Shown piece by piece: positions 9,417 through 18,010 of a DNA stretch of 64,000 nucleotides (within the stretch, counting starts at the first letter, position 1; every line of letters begins with the position of its first letter). Source of the DNA: Candidatus Saccharicenans sp. (lineage in GTDB: Bacteria; Acidobacteriota; Aminicenantia; Aminicenantales; Saccharicenantaceae); NCBI GenBank assembly GCA_024653215.1, contig JANLFU010000001.1, positions 269,492-333,491 of the forward strand, given 5' to 3'. The position numbers and the translations under genes are program-made. The notes beneath the pieces were generated by a model. The model was not told the DNA's origin and made no database searches. It worked only from the letters and a program-made list of their open reading frames with translations.

Positions 9417-10081
9417 TGTTTTTCTTCCTTGCCGATGATTTTGCCCTTCTGTAAGAAAAAGATCTTATCACCGAAATGACGGATGAGCTCCCGGTCGTGG
9501 CTGCCGATGATGACCGTGGCTCCCTGCTGGTTGATTTCCTTGAAGATGCTCATGATCTCGAAGGCCAGCTCGGGATCTAGGTTGCCGGTCGGTTCGTCGG
9601 CCAGCAGGATGGAAGGGTTGTTAACGATGGCCCGGGCAATGGCCACCCGCTGCTGCTCGCCGTAGGACAGGCGCTGGGGAAAGTCCCACATCTTGTGATG
9701 CAGGTTGACCTGGCGCAGGGCATTGAACACCCGTCGCCTGATTTCCTTGGATGACAGCCCGATAACCTGCAGGGGCACGGCCACGTTGTGAAACACGGAC
9801 TGGTGGAAAAGCAGCCGGAAATCCTGAAAGACGATGCCCATGGTGCGGCGGAGCCGGTAAATCTTATGGTCCGGTATTTTAAGGATGTTAACTCCATCGA
9901 CTAAAATCTGTCCCTCGGTCGGGATGAGCTCGCGGAAGATGATTTTCAACAGGGTGGTCTTACCGGAGCCGCTCGGCCCGGTGATGAAACAGAACTCCCC
10001 GGTTCTGATTTCCAGGGAAATGTCGGACAGGGCCCAGTGCGGTTTCTGGTACTGCTTCCAGACGTGAAATAATTCAATCAT
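9413..10081 (-). CDS. ftsE: Cell division ATP-binding protein FtsE
   Basis: Walker A (GPSGSGKTT), ABC signature (LSYGEQQRVAIARA) and Walker B (ILLADEP) motifs. Confidence 0.9.
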   Translation of the reverse strand: MIELFHVWKQYQKPHWALSDISLEIRTGEFCFITGPSGSGKTTLLKIIFRELIPTEGQILVDGVNILKIPDHKIYRLRRTMGIVFQDFRLLFHQSVFHNVAVPLQVIGLSSKEIRRRVFNALRQVNLHHKMWDFPQRLSYGEQQRVAIARAIVNNPSILLADEPTGNLDPELAFEIMSIFKEINQQGATVIIGSHDRELIRHFGDKIFFLQKGKIIGKEEKQ

Positions 10082-10097
10082 CTGCTGGCATCAGCTT

Positions 10098-11612
10098 CTA
10101 TTTTTTGGCCAGCTTATCCAGGGCCTGGCGCAGCAGGGGTTGCACCCTCTGCGGGTCGGCCTGGCCCTTACTGGCCTTCATCACCTGGCCCAGCAGGAAT
10201 CCCAGGACCTGGACCTTGCCTTCCAGGTATTGTTTTACCGGGCCGGGATTCTTCTCCAGGACCTCTTCTATTATATTCTGCAGGGCCTGTTCGTCGCCGA
10301 TCTTTTTCAAACCGAGTTGCTCGGTGATAACCCGGGGATCGCAAGCGGCTAGTTTTTCTTCAATAGTCGGGACGGGCACCTCCACTGATTTCGGCACTTC
10401 CAGAGATCTCCTGAGCATCTCCGGGAAGACTTTTTCCTTGGCCATGGTTATGGTTATTTCCTGGTTCTCAACCATTTTAATCAACTCGGCCAGGGATTCG
10501 GCCGGAAGCGGGAAGTTTTCCGGGGTCAGGTTTTTTTCCTTGAGATATTGCAAGACCTCGCGCATTATCCAGTTTGAGGCCTGCTTGGGGGAGCCGGAGA
10601 GACTGGCCACCTTCTCAAAATAATCGGCCAGGGCCCGGCTTCCGGTCAGAATCCGGGCATCATAGGCAGGAAGCTGGTAATCCCTGATAAACCGGTCGAT
10701 TTTGGCCTGGGGAAGCTCCGGCAGCCCGGCTGAAATTTCCTTTATCCAGTCTTCGGAGATGATGAGCGGCGGCAGGTCGGGCTCGGGAAAGTAGCGGTAG
10801 TCATGGGCTTCTTCCTTGCTGCGCTGCGGAACCGTCCGGTTGGCCGAAGCATCCCAGCCCCTGGTCTCCTGGATTATCTTTTCGCCTCTCTCCAGGGCCT
10901 CAATCTGGCGGCTGGCCTCGTATTCCAGGGCCCGGGCCAGGAAGCGGAAAGAATTCAGGTTCTTGACCTCGGTCTTGGTTCCGAATTCAGTTGAACCTGC
11001 CGGCCTGACCGACAGATTGGCGTCACAGCGCAGGCTGCCCTCTTCCATGTTGCCGTCACAGATTTCCAGGTACTGGAGAATGGTCCTTAAGTTCTGGACA
11101 AACTCGACCGCTTCTTCCGGCGAGCGCAGGTCGGGCCGGCCGACAATTTCCAGCAGCGGAACGCCGCAGCGGTTGAAATCAAGGTAGGTCTTTTCGGCCG
11201 AATCGGGGAAGCCCTCGTGAAGCGATTTCCCGGCGTCTTCTTCCAGGTTTATCCTCTCGATTCCTATGGCCTTCCTGCTCCCGTTGACTTCGATCAGCAA
11301 CCGGCCGTCTTCGGCCACCGGCAGGTGATACTGGGTAATCTGGTAGCCCTTGGGCAGGTCCGGGTAAAAATAATTCTTGCGGCTGAAGATCGATTTCAGA
11401 TTGATTTTTGCCTCCAGGGCCAGGGCCAGCTTGATGGCCATCCGGACCGCTTCCCGGTTGATGACCGGCAGGCTGCCCGGCAGGCCCAGGCAGACCGGGC
11501 AGGTCAGGGTGTTGGGGGTCTGACCGAATTCGGTGCTGCACCGGCAGAAGAGCTTGGTCCTGGTCAGAAGCTGGGCGTGGATTTCCAGGCCGATGACGGT
11601 TTCGTATTTCAT
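10098..11612 (-). CDS. gatB: Asp/Glu-tRNA(Asn/Gln) amidotransferase subunit B
   Basis: MKYETVIGLEIHAQL...CRCSTEF...CPVCLGLPG is the GatB N-terminal signature; length matches. Confidence 0.95.
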   Translation of the reverse strand: MKYETVIGLEIHAQLLTRTKLFCRCSTEFGQTPNTLTCPVCLGLPGSLPVINREAVRMAIKLALALEAKINLKSIFSRKNYFYPDLPKGYQITQYHLPVAEDGRLLIEVNGSRKAIGIERINLEEDAGKSLHEGFPDSAEKTYLDFNRCGVPLLEIVGRPDLRSPEEAVEFVQNLRTILQYLEICDGNMEEGSLRCDANLSVRPAGSTEFGTKTEVKNLNSFRFLARALEYEASRQIEALERGEKIIQETRGWDASANRTVPQRSKEEAHDYRYFPEPDLPPLIISEDWIKEISAGLPELPQAKIDRFIRDYQLPAYDARILTGSRALADYFEKVASLSGSPKQASNWIMREVLQYLKEKNLTPENFPLPAESLAELIKMVENQEITITMAKEKVFPEMLRRSLEVPKSVEVPVPTIEEKLAACDPRVITEQLGLKKIGDEQALQNIIEEVLEKNPGPVKQYLEGKVQVLGFLLGQVMKASKGQADPQRVQPLLRQALDKLAKK

Positions 11613-11631
11613 GGTCGATTAAAGGAAATTG

Positions 11632-11659
11632 ATTATAACACAATTCATTTTGTGGCCAA
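11632..11659 (-). promoter_or_regulatory. Promoter for gatB, with a consensus -10 box
   Basis: Minus strand reads TTGGCC, a 16-bp spacer, then TATAAT; the leader is short. Confidence 0.35.
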
Positions 11660-11716
11660 AAGATTTATGGTCAGGCAGAAGGTGGTGAAATCAGGTATGT
11701 GTTTAGTCGACTGGTC

Positions 11717-11895
11717 TATTTGACAAAAAGGTACATGAACCAGCCGAAGGCCAGGGAAGCCAGGGTCATTATCAGGAACAGGGTCAGGCCGTAGCGGAGC
11801 CGGCTCTTCAGGTCGGGACGGCGGATCAGGGCCAGCACCAGAGACACTAAGAAGGCGTAGATAATCATGGTGAAGAGGTGACTTTCCAGGATCAT
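11717..11895 (-). CDS. Unannotated 58-aa two-helix hydrophobic small protein
   Basis: Manual translation gives MILESHLFTMIIYAFLVSLVLALIRRPDLKSRLRYGLTLFLIMTLASLAFGWFMYLFVK. Its ATG overlaps the stop of the upstream membrane-protein gene (ATGA at 11892-11895). At under 60 aa it is not in the ORF track. Confidence 0.3.
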
Positions 11896-12260
11896 TGTTT
11901 CTTTCCTCTGGCTATGTCCCAGGCATCCAGGGCCACCAGGTAGTTCAGCAGCCCGGCCCCGGCCAGGTAAGCCGTTCCAAATTCGAAGGATAGTCTTTCC
12001 AGTTCACCCAGGCCAACGGGCAGAAACCTGGAGAGGATATAAAGCAGCCCGTTCCCGAGGTCGGAGAGAAAGGCCAGGAAGGTCAGCGGGTTGTCTGCCT
12101 GCAGCGGATAAATCTTGCCCCCCATGACCAGGCCCATCAGGGACATCAGGGCGATGGCCACCAGAAAAGCCAGGCCCCGCCAGTAGCGGCGAAGGTAGAG
12201 ATGGCCCAGACCCGGAACAAGCCAGGCCAGAATGATTGCGGTAACGGCTTTCTTTTTCAT
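11892..12260 (-). CDS. Small integral membrane protein with a TM2-like GxGHxYxRR motif
   Basis: MKKKAVTAIILAWLVPGLGHLYLRRYWRG; three to four predicted helices. Confidence 0.5.
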   Translation of the reverse strand: MKKKAVTAIILAWLVPGLGHLYLRRYWRGLAFLVAIALMSLMGLVMGGKIYPLQADNPLTFLAFLSDLGNGLLYILSRFLPVGLGELERLSFEFGTAYLAGAGLLNYLVALDAWDIARGKKQ

Positions 12261-12371
12261 AAGGCTTAATATTAATTAAAATGAACCATTAAATCAAGCA
12301 GATTCACCCGAAAACTCTGCAGGCATATTGAGGGTCTTGGCTATTTTCAGCCGGGAAGGTAAAATCGATTC

Positions 12372-13199
12372 ATGCCCGAATTGCCCGAAGTTGAAACCGT
12401 GGTCAGCGGCCTGCGTTCCAGGCTGGAAGGTCGCCGGGTCAGGGACCTGGTCTTCCTGTCGGCCCACCTCGAACGAAAACAGCCCGCCTCTGCCCTCAAT
12501 CCCGTTATTTATCGCGGAAAAACGGTGCAGAAAATATGGCGTCGCGGGAAAATGATAATTTTCAGTTTTTCCGGCGGCTGCGGCCTGTTGATTCACCTCA
12601 AGATGACCGGGCAGCTTTACCTGTGCCCGCCGGAGCAACCACTGGATAAACATACCCATGCCCGGATGACCTTTTACGGGCTGGGCTCTGAGCTCCGCTT
12701 CCGCGATGTCAGAAAATTTGGTTTCTACAACTGTCTGCGGTTGCCGGAAATAATGAGCAGGGTCGAGGCTGAACTCGGGCCTGAACCGCTGGAGCTGGAC
12801 TTTCCAGAATTCCAGCATTTGCTGCAGAAGCATGGAGGCAAGAAAATCAAGGGCTGGCTGCTCGACCAGAAGATCATAGCCGGCATCGGCAACATATATT
12901 CTGACGAGATCCTGTTCCGGTCCGGAATAAGGCCAGACCGCCCGGCTGGCCGCTTGAGCCTGGTTGAAACCAGGAAACTGTACCGGGCCATGAAATCCGT
13001 CCTGAACAAGGCCATTGAGCTCAGGGGGTCATCCATCAGTGACTATGTTGATTCGGCGGGCGAGAAGGGCCAGTTCCAGCAGAAACACCTGGTCTATGAC
13101 CGGGAAGGCCAGCCCTGCCGACGCTGCCGGCAGGCAATTATTGAGAGAAAGAAGATAGCCGGCCGGAGTTCTTTTTTCTGCCCTTACTGCCAGAAGTGA
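12372..13199 (+). CDS. mutM: Formamidopyrimidine-DNA glycosylase
   Basis: Starts MPELPEVETV (catalytic Pro2 and Glu3); H2TH region; C-terminal zinc finger CRRC...CPYC. Confidence 0.9.
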   Translation: MPELPEVETVVSGLRSRLEGRRVRDLVFLSAHLERKQPASALNPVIYRGKTVQKIWRRGKMIIFSFSGGCGLLIHLKMTGQLYLCPPEQPLDKHTHARMTFYGLGSELRFRDVRKFGFYNCLRLPEIMSRVEAELGPEPLELDFPEFQHLLQKHGGKKIKGWLLDQKIIAGIGNIYSDEILFRSGIRPDRPAGRLSLVETRKLYRAMKSVLNKAIELRGSSISDYVDSAGEKGQFQQKHLVYDREGQPCRRCRQAIIERKKIAGRSSFFCPYCQK

Positions 13200-13229
13200 G
13201 CAATTAGGGCCCGGTCCGGCTCTCCCTGA

Positions 13230-13258
13230 TTGAAAAAATCGAGCTGATAAGTTATATT
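13230..13258 (+). promoter_or_regulatory. Near-consensus sigma70 promoter for tRNA-Arg(CCT)
   Basis: TTGAAA at 13230-13235, a 17-bp spacer, TATATT at 13253-13258; the mature tRNA 5' end is 18 nt downstream. Confidence 0.45.
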
Positions 13259-13275
13259 TAGCTCTTGCAAAGAAT

Positions 13276-13350
13276 GCCCCTGTAGCTCAGTATGGATAGA
13301 GCAAGGGATTCCTAATCCCTGTGCCGGGAGTTCGAGTCTCCCCAGGGGCA
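13276..13350 (+). tRNA. tRNA-Arg (anticodon CCT)
   Basis: Full cloverleaf: acceptor GCCCCTG/CAGGGGC, D-stem GCTC/GAGC, anticodon stem AGGGA/TCCCT with loop TTCCTAA, T-stem GGGAG/CTCCC with loop TTCGAGT; no encoded CCA. Confidence 0.85.
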
Positions 13351-13512
13351 TTTGGCTTCATCCGAAAGATGAGCCCAAAAGGGAAGGGTCAGGCAGGTTT
13401 GGTCCTCAGGGGGAGGTTCAGGGCGGGGCAGTCCAATCGCCGGTCAATAAGGGAAAAGTGCTGGCGGTTTTCGGCCCGGCCGAATGAGGGGAGCAGAAAT
13501 CATCTTTTAATT

Positions 13513-13526
13513 CACCTTGAAAGGTG
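13513..13526 (+). promoter_or_regulatory. Perfect palindrome CACCTT-GA-AAGGTG upstream of the orphan 435-aa gene; operator-like
   Basis: Exact 6-bp inverted repeat separated by 2 bp, about 65 nt upstream of ATG 13590; a GGTGA(A/T)A motif recurs at about 13556. Confidence 0.3.
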
Positions 13527-13589
13527 ATAAATTTATGGGCGGAATATTTTATTAAAGGGGTGAAATCGTAGATTTGAAAGGACCGAGCC

Positions 13590-14897
13590 ATGAACAGGGT
13601 CATCCTGCTGGATTTTGAGGATAGGGACAAGGAGTACCTGGAGCAGGAGCAGGTCGATACCTTTCTAATTCACACCTCCGATTTCAGGAATCTGCCGACC
13701 ATCCTGCCCGAGGCCAGGGCCATTTTTTATCAGCTCAACTGGCCGGTGGAGGAGGAGGCTGTTCCGGGCGGGCTGGCGGAGAAGGTCCAGGAAATGGTGG
13801 TGGATGGAGCCAGGGTGGTCTGCTTTGTCGGCAAGGGGCATCTTTACCAGCTGACCGGCGTTATCGGTACCTTCCCGGATATTCATTTTCAGGAATCGAC
13901 CCCGAACGAGGTGCTGCTGGTAACACCGGAAATGCCCTTCAACCTGGTTTTTGAGAAATTTTCCAGCAGCCTGGCCCATATTTACAAGCTGTTGCCCAAC
14001 TCTTTTGGCGCCGACATCTGGGAGGTCCCGGCCAGCCTGAACGAAAGCTGGAAAATTGTGGCCAAGAGCCATGATGGCTATCCGGTTTCCCTGATGATCA
14101 GGAAGGGAAAGGGCTTCATCTGGCTGCTGCCCTGGTTCGGTCAGCACAATATCAAGGTGGTTGATTTCATCCTGAAAGATGTTTTCCCGCTCATGGAAAT
14201 GAAAGGCAAGGAGGTGGAGCAGATGGACTGGATTGACAAGGAAGAATATCTTTTCCCGGAAATCAAGGAATTGTTCCTGAAGAAGGAAGAAGAGAAGAAG
14301 AAATTCGAGGAAAGGTTAAAGGAACTCGACGAACAGATCAGGACCCTGCGGGAAACCCAGCAGGAGGCCTTCAACCGCCTGCTCAAGGCCGAGGGCCCGG
14401 AACTGAAGGCGGCCGTCCTCCAGGCCTTCAAGTATCTGGGCTGGGCCAAGGTGGTGGATGTGGACCAGTACTGGAAGAACGTCATCAGGGACAAGGAGGA
14501 AGACCTGTGGCTCATCGAGAACAATGACCAGCCGGTGGAAGTTTGCCTGCGCAAGGAATTCCTGATACTGGTAGTCATCAGGAGCAGCCGCAACTGGGCT
14601 ACCGATGACGACTGCATCCTGCTGCAGAGGTTCAAGGGCCGCCGCATGCAGGAATTTGACAATACCAGGATGAAGGCCATCCTGGTCGGCAATTACTTCA
14701 ACCTGGTTGAGGCCAAGCTGCGGAACAATCCTTATTCCCAGTTCCAGGTGGAGGAAGCAGAAAAGGACGGGAACGGCCTGCTGACCACCTATGAACTCTT
14801 CCAGGTCATCAAGGCCGAGAAGGAAGGTCTCATCAGCAAAGAGGAAATCAGGAAGCAGATCAAGGAAAAGGCCGGACTGCTGAAGTTCAACTATTAA
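13590..14897 (+). CDS. Uncharacterised 435-aa protein: N-terminal globular domain, charged coiled-coil segment (KEEEKKKFEERLKELDEQIRTLRETQQ), C-terminal globular domain
   Basis: Clean ATG with AAAGGA about 8 nt upstream; no recognisable family motif; monocistronic, between tRNA-Arg and an AT-rich spacer. Confidence 0.6.
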   Translation: MNRVILLDFEDRDKEYLEQEQVDTFLIHTSDFRNLPTILPEARAIFYQLNWPVEEEAVPGGLAEKVQEMVVDGARVVCFVGKGHLYQLTGVIGTFPDIHFQESTPNEVLLVTPEMPFNLVFEKFSSSLAHIYKLLPNSFGADIWEVPASLNESWKIVAKSHDGYPVSLMIRKGKGFIWLLPWFGQHNIKVVDFILKDVFPLMEMKGKEVEQMDWIDKEEYLFPEIKELFLKKEEEKKKFEERLKELDEQIRTLRETQQEAFNRLLKAEGPELKAAVLQAFKYLGWAKVVDVDQYWKNVIRDKEEDLWLIENNDQPVEVCLRKEFLILVVIRSSRNWATDDDCILLQRFKGRRMQEFDNTRMKAILVGNYFNLVEAKLRNNPYSQFQVEEAEKDGNGLLTTYELFQVIKAEKEGLISKEEIRKQIKEKAGLLKFNY

Positions 14898-14954
14898 AAC
14901 CAGCTCGGCCGTACTTTTTTCTGGTTCTTTATTGTTAATTCTCTTACTATCTTG

Positions 14955-14984
14955 TTTATTTTATTCCACTTTATTTTATTCCAT
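14955..14984. repeat. Perfect tandem direct repeat, 2 x TTTATTTTATTCCA (15-bp period)
   Basis: 14955-14968 and 14970-14983 are identical 14-mers separated by a single C; AT-rich, between the orphan gene and the TPR gene. Confidence 0.7.
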
Positions 14985-15045
14985 CCTCCCACTTGGATTT
15001 TATCCAGGAATATGCTAAAAAGAAGTCTTTAAGGAGAGGCCCGAT

Positions 15046-15702
15046 ATGAAGAGAGCGGAGAGAAGACAGCTGAAAGAGAATGAACTGGCCACCGGACTGA
15101 GCCGGTTCGTGCGCTGGGTTAAAAAACACGAGAAGAAATTCATGGCCATAGCCCTGGGCCTGGTGGCCCTGCTGGCCATAATTGTCGGGGTCAGATTCTT
15201 CCTAGACTACCAGAGAAGCCGGGAGGCGGGTTACCTGAGCCAGGTCCTGGCCCTCAAGGCCGAACTGGGACAGAAGCCTGAAAACCTGGCCCGGCTGGAA
15301 ACCCTGGCCCAGAAGAGAAAATACGGACGGATAGCCAGCCTGGCCCTGGCCACTTATTATCTTGAAAAAAACGAACTGGACAAGGCCGAACAGATCCTGG
15401 CCGGGGTCAAGGACCGTGGCCGCGACCTGGTTCACTACCAGATTCTTGATCTCTATGCCCAGGTCCTGTCCAGGAAGGGACAGCCTGACCGGGCGGTTGA
15501 AATTTACCGCCAGATGGAGAAGGAAAAACCGGAAGATTACCCCCTGGACGTGATTCTGTTCCGGCTGGCCGAAACTTATGAGAAGGCGGGACAGAAAGAC
15601 CAGGCGGTCAGCCTCTACCGGGACCTGCAGTCCAATTACCAGAATACCTACTATGGCTACCAGGCGGCCATGAAGGTGATGAAGCTGGAAACCGGTCGGT
15701 AA
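15046..15702 (+). CDS. Membrane-anchored tetratricopeptide-repeat protein (YfgM/UPF0070-like)
   Basis: Short charged N-terminus, a single TM helix (FMAIALGLVALLAIIVGV), then TPR-like helical repeats; AGGAGAGG RBS. Confidence 0.6.
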   Translation: MKRAERRQLKENELATGLSRFVRWVKKHEKKFMAIALGLVALLAIIVGVRFFLDYQRSREAGYLSQVLALKAELGQKPENLARLETLAQKRKYGRIASLALATYYLEKNELDKAEQILAGVKDRGRDLVHYQILDLYAQVLSRKGQPDRAVEIYRQMEKEKPEDYPLDVILFRLAETYEKAGQKDQAVSLYRDLQSNYQNTYYGYQAAMKVMKLETGR

Positions 15703-15714
15703 CCGATAGGAGTA

Positions 15715-15742
15715 TTGTTTATTTAAGGCAGGGGAATATAAT
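15715..15742 (+). promoter_or_regulatory. Promoter for the ferredoxin gene, with a consensus -10 box
   Basis: TTGTTT at 15715-15720, a 16-bp spacer, TATAAT at 15737-15742; followed by a strong AAAGGAGGAAG RBS. Confidence 0.45.
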
Positions 15743-15771
15743 AGAAATAGCATACAGAAAAGGAGGAAGAA

Positions 15772-16020
15772 ATGGCTTATAAGATTACCGAAGACTGCAT
15801 CAACTGTGGAGCCTGCGAACCGGAATGCCCCAACCAGGCTATCTCTCCCGGCGACGAGAGATATGAAATCAACCCGGACAAGTGCACCGAATGCGTGGGC
15901 TTTTTTGATGAGCCCCAGTGCGCCTCGGTCTGTCCCAGCGGAGCCTGCGTTCCCGACCCCGATCACCGGGAAAGACGGGAAGAGCTGGAAGCCAAGGCCC
16001 GTCGCCTTAAGGGCAGCTGA
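15772..16020 (+). CDS. Dicluster 4Fe-4S ferredoxin
   Basis: [12 protein letters not shown] and [18 protein letters not shown] cluster-binding motifs; 82 aa. Confidence 0.85.
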   Translation: MAYKITEDCINCGACEPECPNQAISPGDERYEINPDKCTECVGFFDEPQCASVCPSGACVPDPDHRERREELEAKARRLKGS

Positions 16021-16037
16021 ACATTTCTCGAATTTAG

Positions 16038-16070
16038 CAGGAGTGCGGCGGCACTCCTGTTTTATTTTTT
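16038..16070 (+). terminator. Rho-independent terminator after the ferredoxin gene
   Basis: CAGGAGTGC-GGCG-GCACTCCTG stem-loop followed by TTTTATTTTTT. Confidence 0.65.
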
Positions 16071-16078
16071 AACCTGTC

Positions 16079-16987
16079 ATGTTGTCTGGCAAGAGGTGGT
16101 TAAACCTTGTTCTTTTTATCCTGACCATACTATCGACCTATTTTGTCGGCTACCTCTGGGGGATAAATTATCTCTGGGCCGGACAGGATCCCAATAATAT
16201 TTCTGGAGCTCTCAGTCTATCCCTGTTCCTGGAGCCGGCCCTGATCAAGCTCAGCCTGATCTATTCTATCTCTCTGCTGGTCATTCTGCTTGGCCATGAA
16301 CTGGGCCACTACCTGACCTGCCGCCGTTATCGGGTCCAGGCCAGCCTGCCCTTTTTTATTCCCGCTCCTACCCTGATCGGAACTCTGGGTGCCTTCATCA
16401 GGATTAAATCCCCCCTGGCCAGGCGGGAAGAACTGTTTGACGTCGGGGCCAACGGGCCGTTAACCGGTTTCTTACTATCGGTTCCGGCGCTCTATGCCGG
16501 CCTGCAGTTATCCCGGCTGATACCGGCTCTGCCCCGGGAAAGCTCGATCTTATTCGGAGAGCCGCTGCTTCTCAAGCTGTTCGTCAGACTGACCTTCGGG
16601 CCGGTGGCTCAGAACCAGGACCTGATTCTGCACCCCCTGGCCGTGGCCGGCTGGGTCGGGTTGCTGGTCACCTCATTCAATCTATTCCCCGTGGGGCAGC
16701 TTGATGGTGGACACATCCTGTACGCCCTGTTCGGGGAAAAAATGAGGAGACTGGCTCCAGGGATCATTCTGATTCTACTGGTGCTGGGCATTTTTTACTG
16801 GGCCGGCTGGCTCATCTGGGCGGTTCTCATCTCGGTCATGGGCCTCAGGCATCCGGCCGTGGCCGATTCTGGACAGAGATTTTCCAGGAAAAGAATATTT
16901 CTCAGCCTGGCCGTGGCTCTGATTTTTGTTCTGTCTTTTATACCCGCGCCCATTTCCGGGAACAGCCTGCTTGACCTTCTGAAATAG
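16079..16987 (+). CDS. Site-2 protease family (M50) membrane metalloprotease
   Basis: HELGHY zinc-binding motif within a TM helix; multi-pass membrane protein; LDGG motif downstream. Confidence 0.75.
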   Translation: MLSGKRWLNLVLFILTILSTYFVGYLWGINYLWAGQDPNNISGALSLSLFLEPALIKLSLIYSISLLVILLGHELGHYLTCRRYRVQASLPFFIPAPTLIGTLGAFIRIKSPLARREELFDVGANGPLTGFLLSVPALYAGLQLSRLIPALPRESSILFGEPLLLKLFVRLTFGPVAQNQDLILHPLAVAGWVGLLVTSFNLFPVGQLDGGHILYALFGEKMRRLAPGIILILLVLGIFYWAGWLIWAVLISVMGLRHPAVADSGQRFSRKRIFLSLAVALIFVLSFIPAPISGNSLLDLLK

Positions 16988-17189
16988 TCTGAACGAGCAG
17001 CCGTTTGGTTTCCGGCCAGATATTCACAATTTTTGTGGAAAAGCCTGTGCAAAAAGCCCGTGGGTTCTGGCTCAAATGTGTTGAGTCTGCGTAAGATATA
17101 ACTAACTGCACAAAAATTAGGCACCTGATATTTGTCTCCGAAACTTGCTAAAATGCTTCTTTCCAGATAAATTTATTTAGGGTGTTCAC

Positions 17190-17984
17190 ATGCTGGACAG
17201 ACGTTTTCGGGCGGTGGAAGCGAGTTTCTATCAACTGAGCAAGCAGTTCAGGCGCGGCGACCTGAGCCGGGACCAGTATGCCGAAGCCCTGAAGAAGCTG
17301 AGGCTGGTGGACGGCGAGGGACGTTGCTGGATGATCGGGGCCCAGACCGGCCGCTGGTATTATTACGACGGCCAGCAGTGGATCCAGTCAGAGCCGCCCG
17401 AGGACGGGGGCGAATCCATTCTCTGTCCGAGCTGCTACCATCAAAACGAGCCGGAGGCCAGGAACTGCGAGGCCTGCGGGGCAGCCCTGGTTAAGACTCC
17501 GACCAAAATTGTCTGCGTTGGGTGTGGAAACCTGATTGACCAGAACCTGAAAACCTGTCCCTTCTGCGGGGCGGGTCTTTACGGCCAGGCAGAGGAAGCC
17601 ATTTCCGAAAAAAAAGTCGAGACCACCCGGCTGGAACAGAAACCGGCTGAAGGCGGAACCATCTACCTGCGGTCGGTTGACCAGGTTTCGTTCCTGCTAT
17701 TTTCGGGTGGACTGGGAATTTTCCTGGGAATTCTGTTCGGGCTGGTGCTGGGTTCCACTGAGTTTTTACCGGGGCTGGTGTCTGTCCTGCCCGCTTTTCT
17801 GAAAGACTTGCAGGGCAAGTTAATGGGAGGCTTAATTTTCAGCCTGCTGGGCGGCGTGTTTGGCTTTGTCCTGGCGGCCGCTTCTGGCTTCCTGCTGGCC
17901 CTGCTAATCAACGCGGCCATCTACTTTTTTGGGGAGCCCGGTTTCAGGCTGGAAAAAAGCCGGAGAAGAATTACCCTCAAGTAG
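17190..17984 (+). CDS. Double zinc-ribbon protein with a C-terminal Gly-rich transmembrane bundle
   Basis: Two CxxC...CxxC ribbons (CPSCYH...CEACGA and CVGCGN...CPFCGA), then hydrophobic helices; a possible extended -10 box TGCTAAAAT lies at 17146-17154. Confidence 0.55.
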   Translation: MLDRRFRAVEASFYQLSKQFRRGDLSRDQYAEALKKLRLVDGEGRCWMIGAQTGRWYYYDGQQWIQSEPPEDGGESILCPSCYHQNEPEARNCEACGAALVKTPTKIVCVGCGNLIDQNLKTCPFCGAGLYGQAEEAISEKKVETTRLEQKPAEGGTIYLRSVDQVSFLLFSGGLGIFLGILFGLVLGSTEFLPGLVSVLPAFLKDLQGKLMGGLIFSLLGGVFGFVLAAASGFLLALLINAAIYFFGEPGFRLEKSRRRITLK

Positions 17985-18010
17985 AAAGCTCCCACAATCA
18001 GACCCTGGAA

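Noticed and set aside
13354-13375. Hairpin GGC-T-TCATC/GATGA-GCC immediately 3' of tRNA-Arg(CCT)
   Set aside because: A stable stem with no U-tract. It could be an RNase processing element or nothing. Not enough to call a terminator.
13200-15045. Integrase, att-site duplication or phage remnants at the tRNA-Arg(CCT) locus
   Set aside because: No recombinase ORF and no direct repeat of the tRNA 3' end were found. The island idea rests only on position, composition and the orphan gene, so it is reported as a hypothesis, not a mobile_element feature.
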